Shown piece after piece: positions 18,277 to 26,200 of a stretch of DNA of 64,000 nt. The stretch lies in the IMG/VR virus record IMGVR_UViG_2124908013_000169; one strand, given 5' to 3'. Below the pieces are notes generated by a model. That model saw only the letters and a program-made list of their open reading frames with translations, ran no database searches and was not told the DNA's origin. The first letter of the stretch is position 1. Every line of letters starts with the position of its first letter. A program made the translations under genes and the position numbers. The stretch is from a virus.

Positions 18277-18302
18277 ATTATAGGGTATGTTTTTGTTGCG
18301 AA
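18277..18302 (-). promoter_or_regulatory. Phage promoter-motif copy
   Basis: TTCGCA-ACAAA-AACAT-ACCC-TATAAT-GAAAGGAG. Confidence 0.7.
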
Positions 18303-18589
18303 TTAAATCTTTTACGTAATTTAGAAGACGAATGAATCCATTCACCCTCAATAAGTTCTTGATACTCATCAATCAGAATACCGTTTGTTGTTACTCGATA
18401 TTTGAACTTTACTGGCGTATCTCCGTAATTACTATTTACTGTAAAGCTGTATTTATTAATCGCCTCAAGCTCAAACGCAAAGAACTCAAACGGACAGCTA
18501 AAAAGTTTATAGCCATTCCATGAAATAACGAAGCGGTCGCCCTCATGTGAATACTCTAACGGAATTCGTTTTGCTCTCCAAAAACACAT
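18278..18589 (-). CDS. Hypothetical protein, paralog family B
   Basis: ISWNGYKLFSCP...KYRVTTNG. Confidence 0.7.
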   Translation of the reverse strand: MCFWRAKRIPLEYSHEGDRFVISWNGYKLFSCPFEFFAFELEAINKYSFTVNSNYGDTPVKFKYRVTTNGILIDEYQELIEGEWIHSSSKLRKRFNSQQKHTL

Positions 18590-18601
18590 ATATTTGCCTC
18601 C

Positions 18602-18880
18602 TTAACACAACACTCTTGCGCTTAGTTGCATCCAGCTGGTGTCGAATATCTCTCTTTGAAATGGGACTTTCATCATCGTCTCCACAAGTACATGCCCATT
18701 ACTAATAGAATATACATCACGCATCTCCATGTTATTATGAGGTGACGCGTAATCAATATAAAATGATTTATCATCTTCCATAGTAATAACACCTTCATGT
18801 GTTAACGGACAGCTGAATACCACTTCTCTACCAAATAAGATTTGGATTTCTTTATCTGTGGTTTTCTTCTTGAATTTCAT
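18602..18880 (-). CDS. Hypothetical protein, paralog family B (start MKFKKK)
   Basis: ILFGREVVFSCP...VYSISNG; ATGA overlap with the upstream micro-ORF. Confidence 0.7.
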   Translation of the reverse strand: MKFKKKTTDKEIQILFGREVVFSCPLTHEGVITMEDDKSFYIDYASPHNNMEMRDVYSISNGHVLVETMMKVPFQREIFDTSWMQLSARVLC

Positions 18881-18999
18881 AGGAACGCACCTAATGCAAT
18901 AATGATTAATATGATAAGCGCTAGGTACATACATCCAAGCATATCAAATATAACGCTGATGAACCATAGTACGCTCATCACCATAAGTAATATTAACAT
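18877..18999 (-). CDS. 40-aa hydrophobic micro membrane protein (not in the ORF track)
   Basis: MLILLMVMSVLWFISVIFDMLGCMYLALIILIIIALGAFL; its TGA overlaps the next ATG. Confidence 0.6.
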   Translation of the reverse strand: MLILLMVMSVLWFISVIFDMLGCMYLALIILIIIALGAFL

Positions 19000-19001
19000 A
19001 A

Positions 19002-19271
19002 TTAAGAACGAAAACATTTAATCAACTCCTTACAAGTAATTTTGAATGCCATACCGAACATGATTAAAGCCATGAAAGCTGCAATCGTATCGATGATAGC
19101 AAATAATACACCCCACCAAGGCATGAACGCCCAGATGATTGTATCATGCTTAAGTGTCTCAATAAGCAATGCTAAACGGTTTAGTGGATATGCAAACATC
19201 ATAAAGGTATATAATAGTAACATTAATACACGTGAAATAATTTTATTTGTTTTACTCGTATTCATGGTCAA
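19002..19271 (-). CDS. Two-TM membrane protein
   Basis: Two hydrophobic helices. Confidence 0.75.
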   Translation of the reverse strand: MTMNTSKTNKIISRVLMLLLYTFMMFAYPLNRLALLIETLKHDTIIWAFMPWWGVLFAIIDTIAAFMALIMFGMAFKITCKELIKCFRS

Positions 19272-19503
19272 ATTCTCCTCTTTCTTCCATAATCTCTAAC
19301 TCAGGTTTCCATACTAAATAATTAAGTGTTTTAAGCCACGCTGTAGCAAATACAAGCTGTCCTAAGAAGAACACGAACCCATTAGTTTCATGGATTGCAT
19401 AGCTGATTGCTACTGTGTAAAACTCAATTACTAAAAACTCTAATGCTAATATTGACGCTACAAACGTGTAGAACGCCCATTTTTCTTTAATCTTCTCTTT
19501 CAT
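19252..19503 (-). CDS. Two-TM membrane protein
   Basis: Hydrophobic helices; GGAGGAG RBS. Confidence 0.75.
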   Translation of the reverse strand: MKEKIKEKWAFYTFVASILALEFLVIEFYTVAISYAIHETNGFVFFLGQLVFATAWLKTLNYLVWKPELEIMEERGEFDHEYE

Positions 19504-19526
19504 TGTTTTCTCCTCCTTGTTTTGGC

Positions 19527-19984
19527 TCCTGCCCTGAAAAGACCCGGTAAAGGCCTATTATAGGTAACCTACGTTACCGAAAGTCCCATCTGCTGATTCT
19601 GTATATTGTGCTGTTGAGAAGTCAGCATCTAATGAAACAAACATAAATGCTAAAGGTGTGTTAGCTGCATCGTAGAAGATGAAGAACCCAACTTTGTTAG
19701 GTGTTAATTCTTTAACTTCTGTTTTAGCAATAGCCTCTTGACGTCCTGACCACCAGAATGTGTAGGCGTCACGTGCATCCAAATCAAATTGGAAGAATTC
19801 GTCAGGGTTTGTGAATTTTACGGTGGTACCAGTATATGATACTTCACGGATTGTTTTACCGTTAAAGATATTACCGATAAATCCATTTTGAAAAGGTCGT
19901 TGAATATATGTTGATAATTTTTTGATTTCTGACATGTTATAGTCTCCTTTATACTTAGTTTTACCGGGTCCTCTCAAGGCAGGA
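19527..19984 (-). repeat. 25-bp inverted repeat (19527-19551 / 19960-19984) enclosing one gene
   Basis: 22/25 identical; the 3 differences all become G-U pairs in the minus-strand RNA. Confidence 0.85.
19558..19935 (-). CDS. Hypothetical 125-aa protein inside the inverted repeat (start MSEIKK)
   Basis: AAAGGAG RBS before the ATG at 19935. Confidence 0.8.
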   Translation of the reverse strand: MSEIKKLSTYIQRPFQNGFIGNIFNGKTIREVSYTGTTVKFTNPDEFFQFDLDARDAYTFWWSGRQEAIAKTEVKELTPNKVGFFIFYDAANTPLAFMFVSLDADFSTAQYTESADGTFGNVGYL

Positions 19985-19991
19985 TATAGTT

Positions 19992-20288
19992 TTATTTTGC
20001 TTTTATACCGACACGTTTGTCGCTAGTGATTGACCATACACCATTGTGTAAAGTCTCTTCGCATTGTTTTACGTACCCCAAGTCGTTAATGTAGTACACA
20101 ACACGATTTTTAACGACCCCCTCCGCATCAGGAAAGTCGAAGCTAAAACAGCGATTTGACTCCATGTGGAATAGGTGTGTGTTTTTGTTGTTGAAACGAA
20201 ATATTTTTTGGTTATTATATCTGATTTTTGTCCATTCTCCGTCTATGATTACGTCGAATCCAGGATATAGACTAATTGGGTTGTACAT
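19992..20288 (-). CDS. Hypothetical protein, paralog family B
   Basis: IRYNNQKIFRF...MESNRCFSFDF...VYYINDLG. Confidence 0.7.
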   Translation of the reverse strand: MYNPISLYPGFDVIIDGEWTKIRYNNQKIFRFNNKNTHLFHMESNRCFSFDFPDAEGVVKNRVVYYINDLGYVKQCEETLHNGVWSITSDKRVGIKAK

Positions 20289-20582
20289 TATAATCCTCCA
20301 GTAGCAATAGATTTAAATGAGCGGGTAACACGAATTCTATCGTATTCTTCACCGTTCACTTTTTGTTCGTGGTAAATACGTACTGAGCGCCAGAATACAG
20401 TAATAGCGTCAGTCGTCTCTACCCCATCTTTATTTGATAAGCATACGAAGCCTGTTGGTTTCTTTTTCTTAATATCGTTATAAGGCGCATATACTCCAAT
20501 TTCTGTCTTTGTGTCTTTGTAGTTGAAATATACAGTTGTGTATCCATCTTGTTCTTCATAAGTTAAATATCCAGCTCTCATT
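20288..20582 (-). CDS. Hypothetical protein (start MRAGY), possibly family B
   Basis: AAGGAG RBS before the ATG at 20582. Confidence 0.7.
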
Positions 20583-20601
20583 CTTAACACTCCTTTTCTA
20601 A

Positions 20602-20628
20602 ACAAAAAGAAGAAGCCGAAGCTTCCTC
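20602..20628 (-). terminator. Intrinsic terminator closing the cassette array
   Basis: GAGGAAGC-TTCG-GCTTCTTC-TTTTT. Confidence 0.8.
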
Positions 20629-20892
20629 CTAAAATAGATTTTTAAATACGTTTCCAAATACTTTGCTGCCGATTACGTGTCGTTCTTCCCATAATAGGAC
20701 AGTAACTGTACCTGCTAAACCTGCGACTACTTTCAATACATCGTTAGGGTTTAATTTCTTTTTCTCACCCTTAATCGAATTTAACTGTTTAAGTATGTCG
20801 TTAGATTTCTCTAAGTCTCCAGCTTCCACTGCCTCCTTATATTGAAGTTCTAACATTTCGACTGCTTGGTTCATATTTTTCTTTCCAAACAT
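20629..20892 (-). CDS. Cassette protein with C-terminal hydrophobic helix (start MFGKK)
   Basis: AAAGGAGATGATGAT-ATG. Confidence 0.8.
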   Translation of the reverse strand: MFGKKNMNQAVEMLELQYKEAVEAGDLEKSNDILKQLNSIKGEKKKLNPNDVLKVVAGLAGTVTVLLWEERHVIGSKVFGNVFKNLF

Positions 20893-20948
20893 ATCATCAT
20901 CTCCTTTCATTATAACACATGTATTACCTGCGAAAAAAAAGAAGAAGC

Positions 20949-21077
20949 CTAAGCTTCTCCATCTTCCATAGTGATATCTAAAATGCTGTCTGTTAAATAA
21001 CGTGTACTAAAACCTGCTGCAAATAAACTTGCTACAAGTGCTGTTGTACTAATCGCTACCTTCAACCATTTATTCAT
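20949..21077 (-). CDS. 42-aa single-TM cassette micropeptide
   Basis: MNKWLKVAISTTALVASLFAAGFSTRYLTDSILDITMEDGEA; strong RBS; stop in the terminator loop. Confidence 0.8.
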   Translation of the reverse strand: MNKWLKVAISTTALVASLFAAGFSTRYLTDSILDITMEDGEA

Positions 21078-21134
21078 AATATCATCTCCTTTCATATTAA
21101 CCTATGTAAATCTTGCGAATAAAAAAGAAGAAGC

Positions 21135-21290
21135 CTAAGCTTCCTCAGATTTTGGTTGTGTTTTATCGCTTACTTCAACTGTAATTCCTAAAACATCTTG
21201 TAATCCTTTGACGATTGCTTTCACTCCAAATGCGAGTGCTTTACAACTCCCCCAAACGATTAAGATTCCAAATACAATTGTTGTTACCAT
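21135..21290 (-). CDS. 51-aa single-TM cassette micropeptide
   Basis: MVTTIVFGILIVWGSCKALAFGVKAIVKGLQDVLGITVEVSDKTQPKSEEA. Confidence 0.8.
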   Translation of the reverse strand: MVTTIVFGILIVWGSCKALAFGVKAIVKGLQDVLGITVEVSDKTQPKSEEA

Positions 21291-21347
21291 AAATATCATC
21301 TCCTTTCAATATAGGACATGTAAAATTTACGAATAAAAAGAAGAAGC

Positions 21348-21476
21348 CTAAGCTTCTCCACGGATTGAACTAATAATGTGTGCAAATCCATCAGTTACCA
21401 ATCTTACTGCCTCCAGTACCCATTTTCCAATACCGTACCACATCAGTAAAAATGCGCCTAAATAAATTAACTCCAT
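21348..21476 (-). CDS. 42-aa single-TM cassette micropeptide
   Basis: MELIYLGAFLLMWYGIGKWVLEAVRLVTDGFAHIISSIRGEA. Confidence 0.8.
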   Translation of the reverse strand: MELIYLGAFLLMWYGIGKWVLEAVRLVTDGFAHIISSIRGEA

Positions 21477-21532
21477 TTAATCACTCCTTTCATTATAAGA
21501 CGTGTATTTCTTGCGGATAAAAAAGAAGAGAG

Positions 21533-21700
21533 CTATTTGCTCCCTCCGATTCTGACATTTTTTCTTTTCTTTGTTACTTGTTTATCCCATTCTTTGTCTT
21601 TTACACCTTTAATAAATTTAGGCACTAATTTAAATAATTTTGCCGTACATTTAATAATAGTAAAAATACAAATCATAATTGATGCAAATAACATAATCAT
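21533..21700 (-). CDS. 55-aa TM plus basic-tail cassette micropeptide
   Basis: MIMLFASIMICIFTIIKCTAKLFKLVPKFIKGVKDKEWDKQVTKKRKNVRIGGSK. Confidence 0.8.
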   Translation of the reverse strand: MIMLFASIMICIFTIIKCTAKLFKLVPKFIKGVKDKEWDKQVTKKRKNVRIGGSK

Positions 21701-21763
21701 AAATATCATCTCCTTTTCATAATAGCGTATGTATAAAATTCGACAAAAAAAAGAAGAGGAGGA

Positions 21764-22111
21764 TTAATCCTCCAAATCTTCTTCTTCGTCACCAACAGTA
21801 ACTAAATCATTAACGTCATCATTTAAGTCAACATCAACGTCTTCTTCTAAAGCGTCGTCAATAAATTCTTCTTCAGTGGCTCCTGTAAACATAATTTTTG
21901 CTGCGATAACTGTTCCTGTGGCTACGCCTACTCCAAATGGGATAGCATTACGTTTGACAAATTTAATTGCTTTGTCAGTACCTTCTTTTGCTTGTGTCCC
22001 TTTTTTAGCGAACCAGTTACGAACTTTAGTTTTCGTATCTTGAATGTCTACTTTAACCTCCGTTGTTTCCTCTACTACAACCTCTGCTTTTTTAACATCT
22101 TTCTTTGACAT
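21764..22111 (-). CDS. Cassette protein with central TM and acidic tail
   Basis: 115 aa; stop TAA in the GGAGGA-TTAA-TCCTCC hairpin loop. Confidence 0.8.
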   Translation of the reverse strand: MSKKDVKKAEVVVEETTEVKVDIQDTKTKVRNWFAKKGTQAKEGTDKAIKFVKRNAIPFGVGVATGTVIAAKIMFTGATEEEFIDDALEEDVDVDLNDDVNDLVTVGDEEEDLED

Positions 22112-22194
22112 TTGAAACGTCCTCCTTTAAATTTATTTTTGTTTTGGTGTTTCATACTAGCGTATGTAAAATTTACGAATAAAAAAGAAGAAGC

Positions 22195-22446
22195 CTAAGC
22201 TTCCTCCATTAATAAGCAAATTAGCATAATCAATATACGTTCGTTATAAGTGAAAACTGAATCAGGAACATTTTTTCTTCTAAATACGTTGTTTATAGCT
22301 TTTTCGAATTTATTCTTTAAGTCAATTGTTTTTTCAATATCTTTTTCAAATAACTCAAGTGTAATTTCTTTAAAGTCATCTCTAACCTCCATATCCAAAA
22401 GTTCTACATCTAATTCTAAGTTTTCAAGTACGTCTATTAATTTCAT
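22195..22446 (-). CDS. Cassette protein with C-terminal hydrophobic segment
   Basis: 83 aa, ends EEA-stop within the hairpin. Confidence 0.8.
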   Translation of the reverse strand: MKLIDVLENLELDVELLDMEVRDDFKEITLELFEKDIEKTIDLKNKFEKAINNVFRRKNVPDSVFTYNERILIMLICLLMEEA

Positions 22447-22525
22447 ACTATCATCTCCTTAATTTTATTTTGTTTCATTATAACCTATGTATTTCTTTCG
22501 ACAAAAATAGAGAGCTGTGTGCTCC

Positions 22526-22714
22526 CTACTTAATTCTCATGATTCCTTTAACATGAACATCTAAATCTTTAATTGCATTTTTAGCTCCTTTAAAATGTTT
22601 AGCCCATTTCTTGATTCTTTGAATAGCGGCATAAGTAATCATCATACCTCCTAAAATAATCATTCCAATAACTAACCATACTAAGTTTGCTAATAATCCT
22701 ACGATTTGTTCCAT
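22526..22714 (-). CDS. Cassette single-TM protein
   Basis: 62 aa, N-terminal TM. Confidence 0.8.
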   Translation of the reverse strand: MEQIVGLLANLVWLVIGMIILGGMMITYAAIQRIKKWAKHFKGAKNAIKDLDVHVKGIMRIK

Positions 22715-22786
22715 AATAAATCATCTCCTTTCATAATAGCGTATGTAATTAATGCGAATAAAAAAAGAAGAAGTAGAAACTTCTCC

Positions 22787-22996
22787 TTAGATTACGTTAA
22801 AGTATCTCAATAAAACCGCAACTAATATTGTTCCCGTCACAACTAACAATGAAATTACTCCATTAATTTGTGCATCTAAATTAGTTTTTAGTTCTTGATT
22901 TTCTAACTCTAATCTACGAATTTCTGCTTCTAATTCTTCATTTTTTCTATCCAATTTAATATTTTCTTCTTCTAAATGTTTAACAAATTCCATCAT
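22787..22996 (-). CDS. Cassette coiled-coil protein with C-terminal TM anchor
   Basis: Heptad coil then TM; RBS AAAGGAG favours a start near 22996. Confidence 0.75.
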   Translation of the reverse strand: MMEFVKHLEEENIKLDRKNEELEAEIRRLELENQELKTNLDAQINGVISLLVVTGTILVAVLLRYFNVI

Positions 22997-23057
22997 TTGT
23001 AACATCTCCTTTAATTTTATTGGTTTTCATACTATCCCATGTAAATTTTGCGAATTG

Positions 23058-23092
23058 AAAATAAAGGAACCCATGTATAGTACACGGGCTCC
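23058..23092 (-). terminator. Terminator of the morphogenesis operon
   Basis: GGAGCCCGTGTA-CTA-TACATGGGTTCC-TTTATTTT. Confidence 0.8.
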
Positions 23093-23098
23093 AAATTA

Positions 23099-23260
23099 CT
23101 ACTCAGCTTTCTCTTCTTTATCTGGGTTATGCTCCAGAATACGAATCTGACGTTCTAGTGTAGCAATAGTATACTCAAGTTCAGCAATATGAACTCTACT
23201 AGATGCTACTTCTGTCGTTAGCTTTTCGATTACATATAGATATTTCTCTTTATCTTCCAT
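23099..23260 (-). CDS. 53-aa coiled-coil protein after the tail tip gene
   Basis: MEDKEKYLYVIEKLTTEVASSRVHIAELEYTIATLERQIRILEHNPDKEEKAE; GAGG RBS. Confidence 0.7.
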   Translation of the reverse strand: MEDKEKYLYVIEKLTTEVASSRVHIAELEYTIATLERQIRILEHNPDKEEKAE

Positions 23261-23261
23261 A

Positions 23262-26200
23262 TTAACCTCTTATTCCGTCCTCAATATTACCTTGGTCTTC
23301 TGCTTTTGTAAGTTGCACATAGTAATGGTGGTTAGTATTAGAACCATCGTCGACATGTAGATACACACCGGATTTCCATGATACAAGACCCATCCAGCGT
23401 ATACCGTATACGGGTGGATATCCGCCTTTACCCTCAACTGCCGCGTCCCACGAGGAGTTAGTCATGACAGGAACGTATTTCATTCGACTAGGTCGTCCAT
23501 ATAACCATGTCGGGCCAAGGATACGTCCTGACACTTCTAAAGCTAAGTCCGTGTTGTTACCATTACCTTTTTGGATTTGTAGCCGATTGTTCCGTATATA
23601 CAACCACGCATCATTACCGATTCGTATAGATTGTTTAGCACTAATACGGTCGGCGATTAAGTCCTGGGTTACAATCTTACCGATGGCAGCCTCTAGCCCA
23701 GTAATCTTATACGCATCAAGACCTTGAATTTTAGCATTCGTGATAGTTGCGTCTGCGATTTGAGCAGTACCAATAGAACCGTTCTTAATCACCGCACCGT
23801 CTAGGAATGCTTTACCTGACACTTGTACGTCGCCGTCTAATAAGATGTTCTCACCTTTGATACGTACACCAGACTTATTTAAGTTAATCTGTGACACAAG
23901 GTCTCCTGCACCGTTTAAATGTGAGATAGCCCATGAGTCAGACATTTTCTTCTCAATTAAACGACTTAATGGCTTATTAACTCCATCGACGTCGGCTTTG
24001 ATAATATCCTCTTTTGTCCAGTCACCCTCCATAAGTACCCAATTCCACAACTTGTAATCCGCACTTGCTATTGGGAATTTAAGCTCTATGTCTGGTGTAG
24101 CGATATAATCGTTCTGACCAACAGTGAATTTGTACAATTGCCCAATACCTGGCGTGATAGATTTCGTCCTATTAAATTGAACGGTTGGTGTTGCATCCGT
24201 GTGCTCAACTCTTTTAACTCTAACGTTTTTAAAAGTTATTTTATTGTAAATAGGCTGCGTGAACCAAAGTCTAATGTGGCCTATTCTACCGTCCATGTCC
24301 TGGTCAACATTAATGTTATACCTATGATAGTAATATTTACTATCACTCAGCAATCCTCGGTCAGAGAAACTATGAGCACCATTTTTAATGTCTTTTGTAG
24401 AAGAATCCAAATAATCTATACTAAGACGTCCAAATGTACCTTTGGTATCAAATACTAGCTCATATTGACCACGTTTTAACGGTTTATTAAGTTTCAAATA
24501 GATTCCATAATAACCGGTATTTATATTAGGATTTGACATATCGCTTTCACTAAATGTAATACTATACTCATTATAAGTATTCCCATAACTAAAATCTGAC
24601 TTAGGATATATTCTAATCATACTGGATGTAACTTTAACACTATCTTTAGTATTAGGTAATAAGTTTTTTCTATCAAATCTAGGTGTTTTTGTTAGATTAT
24701 ATAGTAGAGTATATGTTTTACCAATTTCTAAATGTTTGTTTAATTTAATTTTACATCCAGCAGAACGTTCGTCAATTATATTCCAAGGACTGCCATCATA
24801 TCCAAGGTCTTCGTCTTCAGAACGTACGGACATTTCAATAGCCTTGTAACTAGGATTATCCGAAGCTCTAAATGGTGTGATAACATCCACACTCTGCTCA
24901 GTAGTATTTATGACATTCAGCTTATCTTCAAAATATTTGAATGCTGTTGGGTCATATATTAAATTTTTAGATTCGCCAATCATCATGTTATTAACGATAT
25001 CTGTCACAATACCCGTATCTGTTTGTAAGGTTGATACAAGATTTGTTTTAAACCCATCGCTGGTAATCACTTTAGTGGAAAGTTGACCAAGTTCATTTTT
25101 GACTTCACTAATCGTTACTTTAGAGTCACTATCGACTTTAGCAATACGTGACTCTAGCCTTTGCTCCTCTATAGCACTCTGTCTACGAACAGTGGCAATA
25201 ATGTCCGTTAAATGCTCTTCCGTTTGAGTTAAATCATTGTTAACATCCGCACGTAACTTATTTTGAGCGTCCTTAACCGCATTGTTAACAGCCTCAGTAA
25301 TCTTCTCTTTGTCCAGAGGTTTAGCCTCAGGTACCCAAGCTTGACCGTCCCATACGTATAATTGAGTCTTATCGCTGTTCTCTTGATGCCATACAATATC
25401 CCCAACTTTATGGTCGTTTCCTTCTGGCAGTTCTGAAGTATAGTATACTTTGTTAACCCCATTAGCGGCAGTAGTCACATATTCACGTAAATTAGACTCA
25501 ATTTGTCTAGTATAGTCCTTCAAGTCCTCAAGTTTCTTTGTAGTAGTATCGGCAGTAATCTTCTCATAAAGACTGTTATGCGTACTACCCGCGGATAATT
25601 CAACAGTAGTTTCAGACAATACATCAAATCTAATCTTAGTGATTTTCATCGGCATATCGATATATAGACTTGGTACATAAAACGTAGCTGTGTCACATAC
25701 ACTAAATTGTTCTAAAGCAGCAAGTTCAGCTTTTGTATAATACCCGGTATCGGATAGTTGTTTAATGTTAACGTCAACTGATGTATTGGGTTTATCGATA
25801 TTGTCATGATTAGAGAACCAATGTTTTACCTTACGGTGGTTCATCAGTTGCTCTTTTGTCTTTATATCCTCTTGTGTTCCGTCTTTCTTGTCAATCTTTT
25901 CTTGAGAGAAATCAACAGCTTGGAAGAACACAATAGGGTAGTCACTAACGTGTTTAGACATTACAACGTCACCTTCAACAAGGTGTTCGACTTGCTTGTC
26001 ATCTACGTATTTACACCATGGTAAAATAGCAGTTACTAGACCTTTAGCACTAATATTGTATTTGAAACCCTCCAAGTTCTTAGCAGGACGAACCACGTTA
26101 CCACGGTTAAACCCACGTTTACCAAGGATATCAATACCCGTATTTTTACGTCTAACTTCCCCACCGAAACGGTGAACAAATGACCACTCAGTACCAACAA

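Larger units (their letters stand above)
1..19411. repeat. First copy of a 19,411-bp direct repeat (genome wrap-around; unit length 44,589 bp)
   Basis: Sequence at 44590 (actcctgggtcacc...) restarts position 1. Every ORF recurs at offset +44589 with identical translation (e.g. 915/45504, 3111/47700). Confidence 0.97.
20602..23054 (-). repeat. Array of nine promoter-RBS-microgene-terminator cassettes
   Basis: Repeated GAAGC-TTAG-GCTTCTTC-T(n) type hairpins directly followed by promoter motifs at 20909, 21094, 21308, 21492, 21719, 22154, 22477 and 22733; the ninth motif at 23029 follows the late terminator (each motif 26 bp). Confidence 0.9.

Noticed and set aside
19527..19984. IS/MITE or invertible segment
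   Set aside because: No transposase or invertase, no obvious target duplication; the mismatch pattern fits RNA pairing
20602..23054. CRISPR-like array of AAAAAAGAAGAAGCCTAAGCTTC repeats
   Set aside because: The intervening segments are ~170-430 bp, vary in length and are ORFs with RBSs; the repeats are terminator/promoter junctions
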